DNA of 62,896 bases, filler included, from Globobulimina sp. (taxonomy: Eukaryota), in assembly GCA_003354225.1 (NCBI GenBank). It is 43 parts of 43 records of this genome, joined end to end, with 100 filler letters (N's around TTAATTAATTAA, not from the genome) between each part and the next. Parts side by side here need not be neighbours in the genome. Positions count along the whole stretch, not along the records: positions 1 to 1,366 come from PIVH01017870.1; positions 1,467 to 2,832 come from PIVH01017871.1; positions 2,933 to 4,298 come from PIVH01017872.1; positions 4,399 to 5,764 come from PIVH01017873.1; positions 5,865 to 7,230 come from PIVH01017874.1; positions 7,331 to 8,696 come from PIVH01017875.1; positions 8,797 to 10,162 come from PIVH01017876.1; positions 10,263 to 11,628 come from PIVH01017877.1; 35 more parts are not named here. One strand, given 5' to 3'. Numbering within the stretch: position 1 is the first letter of the stretch; each line of letters begins with the position of its first letter. The notes beneath the pieces were generated by a model, which saw only the letters and a program-made list of their open reading frames with translations, made no database searches and was not told where the DNA came from. Below, one piece after another: positions 1 to 10,978 of this stretch. Position numbers and translations under genes: made by a program.

Positions 1-171
1 CTCGCAGCCATAATAAACAATATGCCTTATAATTAACATTTCATATTTAATCATGCTCCAAAAAAATGTTTTTAACATTATTAATAAAATGTTATCTTTT
101 AACATTTTATTTATAACCTATTTTCCTTCCGCATTTTTACACTTTTTGTAAATAATACATTTTTTCTTATT

Positions 172-879
172 TTGTTTGACTTGAAATTATCTCATAACGA
201 AATAAAAAATGATGAAACTGACAATAAAAAACTAAAAATTGTCAACCATAAGATTAAGAATGTCGAAATCGGTGCAATACCAAATGGAAAAAGTAAATTC
301 GTTTCTCCAAAACGCATGACATTCTCACAAAACGGTAACAAACGTATATGGGATTTAGTAGATTCAATGAATGCCGTTGCTGCGTTATGCTATCATGTTG
401 AAAAAGAATCGTTTTTGTTTGTCAAACAATTCAGACCCGCTGTATATTATAATCGAATGAAAGAGGAATATACATTAAATGAAGAGATTGGACATGAGAT
501 TGGATGCACCGTTGAATGCATTGCTGGCTTATTGGATAAAGCGCAATTATCGCCATTACAAACTATTTGTGAAGAATTAAAAGAAGAGATTGGTTATCAA
601 GTACCACTCGAAAATATTGAATTTATATCAAATTATCGTTCCGCAGTCGGTATTCTAGGAAGTCAAACAAAAATATATTTTGCACAGATTGATGAATCAA
701 TGAAAATAGGAGAAGGTGGTGGATGCATTGAGGAGAATGAATTGATTGAATTGGTCTGGATTACAGTTAAAAAATCAAGGAAATTTGTTTTAGAGTCTGA
801 TGATATTCCACCTGGATTAAAATTTGCGGTGTTTTGGTTTTATTATCAATATCCGCAATTTTGTAAAGATATGGAATGA
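172..879 (+). CDS. NUDT14: Nudix hydrolase, UDP-glucose/ADP-ribose pyrophosphatase (NUDT14-like); true start uncertain
   Basis: QNG..WD, VKQFRPAVY, Nudix box (VECIAGLLDK...EELKEEIGY), SAVGILGSQ and GGGCIEENELIE follow the NUDT14 order. Confidence 0.85.
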   Translation: MFDLKLSHNEIKNDETDNKKLKIVNHKIKNVEIGAIPNGKSKFVSPKRMTFSQNGNKRIWDLVDSMNAVAALCYHVEKESFLFVKQFRPAVYYNRMKEEYTLNEEIGHEIGCTVECIAGLLDKAQLSPLQTICEELKEEIGYQVPLENIEFISNYRSAVGILGSQTKIYFAQIDESMKIGEGGGCIEENELIELVWITVKKSRKFVLESDDIPPGLKFAVFWFYYQYPQFCKDME

Positions 880-1366
880 TTTTGTTGTTGATCTTGTTTC
901 TAAACTGGAAAAAAAATGATAAATTCTTGCGATAAATATTTTGACTCCATACATACGTCCGAAAGGACAGTGGATGCATTTTCGGCTAAATTAACACGAA
1001 TGGCTGTTCGATGGTATTTGTGTCATAAACCAAATGATATCATTTCTAATTTACTGAAACGAAAGGATTTGACTTGAACTACAAAATTACTTTTCAAACA
1101 TTTTTCATCGCAGCTTCGAAGAGTCACATTACAAATATATGGAATAATATTGTTATTATATTATATCTGATCTGAAGGTAAGGTACATGCTGTGAATAAC
1201 TAATAATCTGAGAATATTGCGTTATTTGAGTGCTCATAATGATGACAGTATATTAATGTAATTAGTAATGTGCGGTGATAGTTTTTCAATAACATGCACA
1301 TTTTTTGCAGCAATAACAGTGATCGCTGGGCATATTTGGTTCTATTATTTGAATTTGGATAAAATA

Positions 1367-1466
1367 NNNNNNNNNNNNNNNNNNNNNNNNNNNNNNNNNN
1401 NNNNNNNNNNTTAATTAATTAANNNNNNNNNNNNNNNNNNNNNNNNNNNNNNNNNNNNNNNNNNNN
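1367..1466. other. Artificial contig linker (first of 42): N44-TTAATTAATTAA-N44
   Basis: The identical 100-bp spacer recurs every ~1,465 bp. TTAATTAATTAA gives stops in all six frames, and the flanking contigs are unrelated and of length 1366, 1365, then 1364. Confidence 0.99.
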
Positions 1467-1621
1467 ATCTATTGTTGTTTCTATGCATTTGGGCCAAATC
1501 ACCAAATGTTTCTATCTGATGTCGGTGTTTGGGCCAAATCACCAAATTTTGCAGGGATTCGTCGGATAAAAAGGAATATCACGCGAGGGAATGATGCTCG
1601 TGGCGACTGAGTGATGTATAG

Positions 1622-1712
1622 AATAATTTGTATATATTAATAATTTGTATATATCCATGTATAATAATTTGTATATATTAATAATTTGTATATATCCATG
1701 TATAATAATTTG
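1622..1712 (+). repeat. Tandem 41-bp AT-rich duplication upstream of the acidic ORF
   Basis: AATAATTTGTATATATTAATAATTTGTATATATCCATGTAT occurs twice, plus a partial third copy. Confidence 0.8.
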
Positions 1713-1828
1713 GATATTGCTTCCAGAGATCCCACATAATGCCTAGCGACTTGATCTTTAGTCTTTAGTCTTTGTAAGTGTGTAAATAAGAAAATAAAAA
1801 CATCAAAAAAACTTTTTCTTTTTCCATC

Positions 1829-2539
1829 ATGTCACAGTCCCCATCACCACCAACAACTACAACAAGTCAACGAATGCGGTCCAAACTCTTAAGACCCATC
1901 GTGCATTGTGGCACAAGCAACAATAAAATAGCAATCGACATCGATTATAGTCAAAATCCGATTGTTACATATGAGTCGACATCGGAATCGGAATCCGATC
2001 ATTCGAATCAATCGAATGCCGATGAATTTGAAGAATGGGATGATGAATTGAAAGCGTTATTTGCCGATGAATTACCTGACATGACGCAATTTGATGATTT
2101 TCATGGCAATGATGGGCAATTTGACGATTTTCATGAATTTGATGAATATGATCAAGAATGGAATGGGAATGAAGAATGGAATGATGAATATGAAGAATGG
2201 TATGGGCCGGTATTAAAAGTGGGTAAATTAAGTGATTTTGGTGTCGCCCGTCGCAAAACAAGCGGCAAAAGAACAAGAGATGAATACGAAGCGGGTCAAG
2301 CCGGCAGTGACACTGAGTCAGACAGTGAAACCGCCACTGCTTCAGAGTCAGACAGTGAATCGGAATCCGGCACTGCTTCCGGCTCGGATATGGAAAGTGA
2401 TATTGAGTCATCGGATGAAAGTGATATTGAGTCATCGGATGAAAGTGATATTGAGTCATCGGATGAAAGTGATATTGAGTCATCGGATGAATCGGATACA
2501 CCGCCGCCTCCCAGCCGCAAACGACGTAGATTGAGTTAG
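1829..2539 (+). CDS. Acidic low-complexity (probably disordered) protein with a C-terminal basic NLS-like motif
   Basis: Complete ATG-TAG ORF, D/E/S-rich, ending PPPPSRKRRRLS. Confidence 0.55.
   Translation: MSQSPSPPTTTTSQRMRSKLLRPIVHCGTSNNKIAIDIDYSQNPIVTYESTSESESDHSNQSNADEFEEWDDELKALFADELPDMTQFDDFHGNDGQFDDFHEFDEYDQEWNGNEEWNDEYEEWYGPVLKVGKLSDFGVARRKTSGKRTRDEYEAGQAGSDTESDSETATASESDSESESGTASGSDMESDIESSDESDIESSDESDIESSDESDIESSDESDTPPPPSRKRRRLS
2393..2488 (+). repeat. Coding tandem repeat, 4 x 24 bp (ESDIESSD)
   Basis: GAAAGTGATATTGAGTCATCGGAT x4, perfect copies. Confidence 0.95.
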
Positions 2540-3034
2540 AATGAGACTTATGCGGCAGCGGCAGCGCAGAGTGACCGGACATACACCGCCGCCGAGATTA
2601 ATGTATTTTTGTATTTGGTCTTGACTTTATTTAATATTTGTTATTTGTATTTTTGTTGTTATTGTGTGCGAAATGCGTGGTGATACTTATTTAATATGAC
2701 TGGTATTTTTGTTGTTATATGCGAAAATGCGTGGGTTTTTTTTTTGATTATTCATCATGTTTCATTATTGTATAATTATTTTTTATTTATTAATTAACTC
2801 GCACTTACAACTTAAATTGAAATTAGTTCTATNNNNNNNNNNNNNNNNNNNNNNNNNNNNNNNNNNNNNNNNNNNNTTAATTAATTAANNNNNNNNNNNN
2901 NNNNNNNNNNNNNNNNNNNNNNNNNNNNNNNNATTCCCGTTTGCTTGAACTAAAGTCCTCAATAAACAAAGAAAGAAACAATAGTTATTATATGTATTTA
3001 TGTTTTTGACGTACCCCTTTAAGATTATCGAAAC

Positions 3035-4130
3035 ATGGCCAAGTCATTATTTGTATGCATGTTTATTGTAATAGTAGTACTGTATTATAGTTTGTATGAA
3101 TTGCATGGAATTTCAAGTTCTAACAAGCAAATATTGAAAGAAACACCGGAAGATAATAAAATTGCAAGTTCTAAGATGAAAATATTAAAAGGAACGCTTG
3201 ACCATAATAAAATTCCGACTGTTATTTATCAATTAATCCTTCAGGGAAATGAGAATATGCTAAATAACACAATTTGTCAGGGAACAACTCCTTTGCTAAA
3301 AACTATTGTCTGGTCATGGATTAATTTGAACCCTGATTGGGACTATAAACTGTTAACACATTCTGTTTTAATGCGCATATTGCCTGAATATAAAGAGTTT
3401 GCTCCATATTTGATTTCAAAGAATAAATATGCTGCGCTTTCTGATGTTATAATGATTTCAATTTTACATCGATATGGTGGCATATATGTAGATGGAGATG
3501 TTTTGTGTTATAATGCTGTGGATTCTTGGCTGTATCAATATGTTCCACATAATTTGTCTTCGACAGACAAAGTTTTTGCATTTACTCTGGCTGCCTGGCG
3601 ATATATTTCGAGAGAAAAAAGGGCCAAAAGTTGCATCGTGGATGTTAGTGGCACATAATGACAGTTATATTATTGCAAAATGGTATGGAAAAGTCATCAA
3701 TTTGTGGAGAAACAGAATGATCTCGAAAAATGAATCTGTTTTACCTTATTATTGGGTTCAAGATTTATTCACTGATTTGTATCATTCTGACCATATATTT
3801 AAACAAAAATGGAATTTGATTCCAATGTATCGAGCGGTGGACGAGAGAGGGCGGAAAATTAAGGGCGGACCAGCGTCATTTACGATGGGGTGGGGGGCTA
3901 AGATTGATGATGAAATGCATGAACATATTGATCGAGGAAATCCAGCTGTGTTTAAACTGCATGTTAGTGGCAAAAGCACTGCGTTTTCGAATGGTACGAT
4001 TCTTCAATATTTGCGCAGTCAAATTCATTATCCAGTGCCTAATTGTGAGAATGATCCTAATTATCAAGTTTCTAGAATGTGGAAAAATCCACAATGGAGA
4101 ATAGACAATCAACTTGCATTTGATTTATAA
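3035..4130 (+). CDS. DXD glycosyltransferase (GT32 / capsular polysaccharide synthesis-like), type II membrane; split by one frameshift at ~3615-3620
   Basis: N-terminal TM helix, SWINLNPDWDY, SDVI..LHRYGGIYVDGD in ORF1; ASWMLVA..SYII.KW and PYYWVQDLF in the +1 frame ORF2. The junction is at an A6 run. Confidence 0.75.
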
Positions 4131-4740
4131 AAAACTTTTTCTGACTCTTTTATTCTAGACTAGTACTTATTTTTTATCATTTGGACCTAGGTATATGGTT
4201 ATTGCAATTTATCAAACAGTTTATTTTGAGCTACTGTATAGACAATTGTGCCGCCAAGATTGTGCCGCCAAATTTGTGTACGGCGCACGAAGCTTAACNN
4301 NNNNNNNNNNNNNNNNNNNNNNNNNNNNNNNNNNNNNNNNNNTTAATTAATTAANNNNNNNNNNNNNNNNNNNNNNNNNNNNNNNNNNNNNNNNNNNNCC
4401 TTCCATTCAACATGTTCAGCAATGTCACGAGTATGCTTCCCTGTCGGATGTAATAGTAACAACAAACCAAAAGACCAATAAGGTGTCTGTTCAGTGTTGC
4501 TAACAACGTTACGTGTATCTACCCATTGAGCCAAAGTGGAGCCAATCGCATAGCATAAATATAAGAGCATATTGCATGGATAGAAATTCATCCTTCAATG
4601 TCTACTCTATTAAATTAAAAAACATTATTAAATTAAACACAAAAGATCTATTCGTGTCTACCTGCGGATGACAACGGATAACAAGTCACAACAAGTATAA
4701 AAAAATTAGAAAACACGTAGAAAAATGTAAAATGTAGAAA

Positions 4741-5763
4741 TCACTCCCGTTCCCATAACCATTTATAATCATCACAAGGTGGTCTCGATGTTCTTGGTAA
4801 TGTTCTCAATGCTCGTTTAACATTATTATTTATTTTAATATCCGCATCACAAATCCATTCAGGCATTTGCATCCCAAATATAATGTAATCATTCCTATAA
4901 TGATCAATTATTTTTGCAAAAATATCCGAATCCACGTCCTTAAAAACATTTATATATTTCTCATTATCCCCAGTCGATGAATGTTGCTGTGGGCCATAAT
5001 CAACAATGGAGACTCCATCCTTTGCATTGGAAGATTCCCATCCATTTTTCCCATATTTCTCCCAAATCCCTGCACGCTGCATCCATATTCTTCTATGTGT
5101 CCTATTCTCAAATCTAAAAACATCAAACTTATCCACATATTGATATAAGTTACAAAAATTAAATTGTGGCGCAAAATGCCAATCAGTTTCCGGCCAACAG
5201 GGACAATTAAACAATCCATCCGCCCAGATTTCAAATGTCGGCGTAAATGATGCGGTTCCAACACTTTCCCATTTTCCATATTGTCCTTCAAAGAGTGGAC
5301 TCCAACGAGCATAATCACATAAATTCACACCGCGTTTCTTAACGCATTTATCAATAAATCCACTCACTAATCTTTCCAATGGATCGCGTACAAAAGTTGC
5401 AAAATAAAATTCTTTATCATTTAAAATACGTTTTAATTCATCAATATCATAAAAAGAAATATCTTCCAATCCACGGTAAGGTAAATAATGTATTTTTGTA
5501 TAATCTGTAGATAAATAATCTTTTTTCCCGCGTATTCTTTTAAAGATTTGTTTGAACATTGAACACGAATTTTTCTCCATGACACAAAAGGCAAATTTCT
5601 CCTTTTCAAACACAAAAAATCGATTATTAAACCATATCGATTCTTCACTTTCTGTAATGTATAAGTTTGGATTTGCTCTTCGATTTATATCACCAGAGAG
5701 AGAACGGGAAAATGGTGACATCCACGATAATTCACGTTTATTTAAATCAGCAATGGCTTGTTT
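4741..5763 (-). CDS. Carbohydrate sulfotransferase (Sulfotransfer_2 family), 5'-partial
   Basis: PAPS-binding motifs FCVMEKNSCS (5'-PSB) and FVRDPLERLVSGF (3'-PB), DWHFAPQ, Y..DY..FG. Confidence 0.85.
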   Translation of the reverse strand, partial: KQAIADLNKRELSWMSPFSRSLSGDINRRANPNLYITESEESIWFNNRFFVFEKEKFAFCVMEKNSCSMFKQIFKRIRGKKDYLSTDYTKIHYLPYRGLEDISFYDIDELKRILNDKEFYFATFVRDPLERLVSGFIDKCVKKRGVNLCDYARWSPLFEGQYGKWESVGTASFTPTFEIWADGLFNCPCWPETDWHFAPQFNFCNLYQYVDKFDVFRFENRTHRRIWMQRAGIWEKYGKNGWESSNAKDGVSIVDYGPQQHSSTGDNEKYINVFKDVDSDIFAKIIDHYRNDYIIFGMQMPEWICDADIKINNNVKRALRTLPRTSRPPCDDYKWLWERE

Positions 5764-5864
5764 GNNNNNNNNNNNNNNNNNNNNNNNNNNNNNNNNNNNN
5801 NNNNNNNNTTAATTAATTAANNNNNNNNNNNNNNNNNNNNNNNNNNNNNNNNNNNNNNNNNNNN

Positions 5865-6965
5865 TCCGAGCATGGCGCAAAAATGTGCCTTCAGCACTTC
5901 ATTTGCTCCAAATAATGGGTTTCAAATTTATATCTCTGGCGATGACAATACCGAAACATTCTCAATTAAATCATTTAAGTTAACATATAGCATTACAGAG
6001 TCACCTACATTATCAACGACGGGTTATCCCACAAATGACCCTACAAATATACCCACAAACTATCCATCATTTATACCATCTGATAATCCCACCCAATATC
6101 CAACAAATCTCCCTACCAAATATCCATCAATGATTCCATCGATTAATCCCACCAAATATCCTACAAATTTCCCCACCAAATATCCAACAAATTCACCATC
6201 CGAATATCCAACGGAAATAACTGTTGCACCGATTAGTAAGTACAGGTTTTTGCATCGACGAGTGTGCATTTCTTAAATTACAATTAATTGTTTCTACTTT
6301 TTTGTACATAATCAGCTCTGCAGCCAACATTATTTACCACTCAAAGCGCAATAAGTTTGTCTCCAACACTGAATCCAACAATAAATCATGTTCAAAATGA
6401 AACGGAGCAAGTAAAGCAAGCACAAATTGATGAGACAACAGTTATTCCCACAGACAATATTGTGGATAACGATGATACCCTAAAGGGAAATAATTATTTT
6501 CCTATTTATGTTATAATTTTAGCAGTTATCGTGATGTGTATTGCATGCATAGGCATTGTGTGTGTATTTTATATGTACAGAAAGAAGAAGAAATCGATAA
6601 TGGAAGCATTTGGAACTAGAAACAAAATGGACATTACCCGAATGAATTCAACATCGGCTACGTTGCAGACGAATAAATTGGTAATGAGTCAATTTCAAAT
6701 TGAAAAGGAATTTGGTAATAATATTTTAATGGATGATGTGGTCTCTGATGTATTTGGATCGAATATGCGTATGAGCGCAGAGAGTGACTGTCACGAAACA
6801 GCCGGCGGTTTATATAGAGAGGGAAATGAAGTAAGGAATGCAATGATAGGAAGATGTGAGATTAAAAGTCAAGTAAATATTGAAATGATTCATATAAATA
6901 ATGTCCACGAGGATATGGTGATTGAAGAGGAGGGATACGATGCGACTACACCAAACAAATTATAA
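5865..6965 (+). CDS. PT-repeat single-pass membrane protein, 5'-partial; intron 6236-6315
   Basis: PTxxPTxxP stalk; an 80-nt GTAAGT..CAG intron joins the two ORFs in frame; TM IYVIILAVIVMCIACIGIVCVFY followed by RKKKK. Confidence 0.75.
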
Positions 6966-6982
6966 CTTTAAAGCTTAAACGT

Positions 6983-7110
6983 TCCGACAACAAATAAATA
7001 GGTACAGAACCGTTGAATATGTTTGATCTCCAATGTGTGATCCATCCCATGACTGCGTGTTTGTGTATGATTGATTTAAACCAACGTTTCTGTACTTATT
7101 TGTTGTCAGA
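6983..7110. repeat. MITE-like fold-back just downstream of the stop codon
   Basis: TCCGACAACAAATAA(ATAG)GTACAGAACCGTTG pairs with CAACGTTTCTGTACTTATTTGTTGTCAGA (imperfect ~29-bp TIR). Confidence 0.55.
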
Positions 7111-7429
7111 GCCATTTTATTTATTACATTTTCAGGTTTTATAACAACAAGTTATTTTATTTTGTATATGAAATCTCAAATATAATTTTTTTGTTTGAGA
7201 AAAGTTATTTTTTTTGTCATCCATAAAACGNNNNNNNNNNNNNNNNNNNNNNNNNNNNNNNNNNNNNNNNNNNNTTAATTAATTAANNNNNNNNNNNNNN
7301 NNNNNNNNNNNNNNNNNNNNNNNNNNNNNNACTAAAAACTTTTTCCTTGCCTTTTTAAAGAAAGAGCATAGCAACTACCTAAAGCAAGCAAACTAAGATA
7401 TAAAATAGAAAGAGAGAGAGAGAAAGAAC

Positions 7430-8603
7430 ATGGAATACGAGTATAAAAACGACACTCTTCCATGGCCTCTGTTTGATGAGATATTGAGTTTTAAAAATTG
7501 GTCAAAACGATGGCGATTAGGAGAAGAACAGTATCGATCAAGTAACACATCAATACATCTGACGCATCACGTAAATAACCCAAAGGCCCAATTTTATACA
7601 AAAGTGTTTAAATACAAAAACAAGAGGCAATTAATCAAAATATGGCAGGAATTTGCAATGATTAAAACCTTAAAATTATTATATTATCCCGACATTGGTT
7701 ATGGCCAAAATAAGGGGGAAATATATTTGACAATGGATATATTAAATGTATGTAAATATAAATATTATTAAAATGCGTGCACCAAATATGAAAATAAAAA
7801 TAAATATAAATATATAGTATTCATTGCGAGGCGCGATAGAAGAAAAAAAAAACATCAATTTGCCATACTTTATATTAGAAATCGCAGCTAATTTACATCA
7901 ATTGCACTCAAATAATTACATTCATTTAGATATCAAAGCCAGTAATTGTGCTTTTCGAGATCGCCACAAACAATGTTTGTTATCGTTGGGCAACGGATGG
8001 AAATTAATTGATTTTGACACTTTGAAATATTTAAAAAATCAAAGTAAATTATCATTAAACGGATACATTGGTACTTGTGGTTGGACTGCACCTGAAATGT
8101 CACCATATGCAACGCCCAAAAAACCCAACATAATCACCACAAAAACTGACATTTTCTCGTTTGGATTAATGATTTTATTCATTGTAAATGGTGGGGAAAA
8201 ATTATTTGCTTTGAATGAAAAGGAAAAAAAACAAAATTTAAATAAAAAAGATACAACGCGTTTGCTTTACGCAAAATTAATGAATTTTGACATGAAATAT
8301 TATTTGTTAAAATTGTATGTCATCGATGGTAAAATTGACGGTGATTTATACGATTTATTGTCAAAAATGTTGGATTATGACCAAAATAAACGGATATCAG
8401 CCATTCAAATTGCAACACATAAATATTTCAAGCAACGTGGACTTATCAGATTGCATGAAAACACTTGGTATAAATTACAAAACGAAAAACGAATGAAAAA
8501 CTCTTATAAAAAAAAAACGAATGCAAAATATACGTGGTTGCAATTAATTTATAAAACCAAAAAATACTCAATTGCCAAATTAGGAATAAATCGCAATAAA
8601 TAA
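7430..8603 (+). CDS. Divergent Ser/Thr protein kinase; intron 7748-7817
   Basis: HLDIKASN, KLIDFD (DFD for DFG), GTCGWTAPE, DIFSFG, R.SA; a phase-0 GTATGT..TAG intron joins the ORFs. Confidence 0.85.
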
Positions 8604-9459
8604 TGGCCAGTAATGGTGTGAGCATTTTTTTTTCTCTCTCTCTTTTTCATCTTTTTTTGCTTGTTTTTTATTTACTTCTTTTTAATGCTCGCACCANNNN
8701 NNNNNNNNNNNNNNNNNNNNNNNNNNNNNNNNNNNNNNNNTTAATTAATTAANNNNNNNNNNNNNNNNNNNNNNNNNNNNNNNNNNNNNNNNNNNNCCTG
8801 CTAAACGAATATCAGCGGGCTGCCAAGCTAAAATTAAACAGCTCATCACTAAAAAAAATAATGTTGTGAGTTTCATGTTGGTTCGGCTTCAGCAACGCGA
8901 TCGCGAGGATGACTAATGAGCCTGCTTCACTCTTTTTTCTTCTTTTCTAAAAACATTAAATCAATGACACTTAATATTGTTTCTGTTTCTGGGTTAATAT
9001 GCTGTGAATTATCAAGAATGTCAAATGGTACTGAAGTAACACATATTTTGTTTTGAATTGAATCAATCATAAGTACAATTTTGATGATGAATTCATATAT
9101 CTTTATCTGTGATGATGAAGTACAATTTTGATGATGAATTACATATATATATACACATTAATATTTTAACTTTTACAAAAAATAGAGACTGATTTTTTCA
9201 AAAACTTATCAAACGTTTCTCAAAAATGCAATCTGTTCGATAAGTATTTTCATTTTTTTATATTACATAATCTTAACAACACACACAAGAATGAGTAAGA
9301 TGACTTATATAAACAGATATTACAAAAAACAAATAAACATTCACAAAAAATACCACATATATCCTTGCACTCAGCAAAAGTTACAAAACAACAATAAAAA
9401 AATAAAAAATTGATTGAGATACACTTTGATTGCTTCTACTTAATTCCTTCCGTGATTCC

Positions 9460-10120
9460 TCAATATGTTATTCCTTCCGTGATTGAGTCAATCCTATATG
9501 TTATTTTTTCTGTCAATACTTCACAAACTGAGACATAAATAAATGTGCCAGCTGCAACACTTATAAATAAGTCACCGACCCATCCATCCAAGGATTTGGA
9601 TAATATCCAACCAACGCCAATGCCAAATGGTGTCAACGACGCAAATAAGAGCGCAATGCCAATATTGATGCTTAATTTTATATCGGATTTAGACAAAGGA
9701 ACACCTAACGCAAAAGCAGCCAAATATTTATGTGGAATTATGGCGATGCCTAAAGCGACGGCTCTCTGTGGTCGAACTGCCCAAAGCAACTAAACCCAAA
9801 CCAATCAATAATACAATTCCAGTCAAATAATTTTTTTGCACCAATAAAGCAAATATTTCGGCGCCATGGTCGTCGACTTCATTGCCATGGTCATGGGTCA
9901 CATTGTAATGGTCGGATCCATTTTGTTGTGAGTTAATTGATTTGGTGCTGGCAAATTACATAAAACTGTTTTTTTTTAGCCTGAATCGATTGGTAGCGGT
10001 GGTTCTGATGATCTTGAATCGTTTGCATGTGCGCCTAATAAACTGTTGCCTGCTCCATCTAAATGGACTGTTGCGTTGTGGCTATGGCCATTATTATGTA
10101 CTAATGCGTGGAGTACAAAA
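9460..10120 (-). pseudogene. Decayed ZIP-family zinc/metal transporter
   Basis: HKYLAAFALG, TPFGIGVG, AAGTFIYV and His-rich loop fragments are present. The TM4 HS..EG motif is missing (IGLGL-VALGSS) and a frameshift lies at ~9765. Confidence 0.65.
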
Positions 10121-10262
10121 CGTTGCCGTCTGATGAGGTAAACATATTATAATTAGAAGATANNNNNNNNNNNNNNNNNNNNNNNNNNNNNNNNNNNNNN
10201 NNNNNNTTAATTAATTAANNNNNNNNNNNNNNNNNNNNNNNNNNNNNNNNNNNNNNNNNNNN

Positions 10263-10451
10263 GATCAGCAGGAAGAGCCAAAAATTGGTGATCATGGGCA
10301 AATATTAAAAAATGATGAAATGACCGAGCATAACCAGTAACTGTGCGTGGTGCACGACTTGCAAGCACAGAGCTTTTTAACTGCGACTGAAGTGTCGCCA
10401 AATGAGGTGACAGAGCACCAGTAGAGGCCCAAATACCAGAAGAAAAAATCG
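10263..10451 (-). mobile_element. N-terminal exon of the same type of tyrosine recombinase, located downstream of the C-terminal half
   Basis: IFSSGIW...LKSSVLASRAPRTVTGYARSFHHF..ALPAD resembles the N-terminal helical region of eukaryotic DIRS-like YRs. It is preceded by a polypyrimidine-CAG splice acceptor at 10452. Confidence 0.7.
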
Positions 10452-10978
10452 CTGAAAGAAAAACATAATATGTATGGATAAATAAAAAGAGTGGGTAGGG
10501 AGGGTGGGCCATGAATAAGTAGAAATTAAGTAAACCGAAAAGCACACAGCAGGGAGAGAAATTACAAAGCGAGAGCGTCGTTGGTGTAAAATTGCCGTGA
10601 TTGCCCATACAGGGCAACAGAAAGCAGTCGGCTAATAGCCGACCAATCAGCGCTGGTGTTACCAGCGAACCAATCACAAAACAGCAGTGGCTACATGCCG
10701 CAACAAAGTGTACATTATTCCTACACAAGTTGCGGAATAAAACACTTTGTGGCTTTACTCCGCCATGCAAAAACAAGTGATAAAATAACATTTTATTCAA
10801 GATTAGATGATAGATGGAACGCGGCAATGAACGTACATAACTAAGCACCAACACGACAGAGTAACAATCAAATTCAAAGTATCAATTGAATGATAACGAA
10901 AACAATATAACATAGGTTTCAATGCAACAAAGAATATACAACAATGTGTTATGTTAAAGTACAAAACTATAAGTCTAT

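Noticed and set aside
1411-1422. Regularly spaced TTAATTAATTAA motif as a biological repeat
   Set aside because: It is always centred in N-runs and is a synthetic six-frame stop linker. ORF ends reading XXX-LIN are artefacts.
2222-2252. Kinase-like KLSDFGVAR motif in the acidic protein
   Set aside because: No other kinase subdomain is present and the flanks are low-complexity; probably chance or a tiny relic.
1965-2582. Antisense and alternative-frame ORFs with HPMTQYHF or ILSHRMKV repeats
   Set aside because: They are shadows of the 24-bp coding repeat on the plus strand.
10452-10854. Upstream part of the 215-aa minus ORF as gag or RNase H
   Set aside because: It has no recognisable motif and overlaps hairpins and a polypyrimidine splice acceptor; treated as non-coding or intronic.
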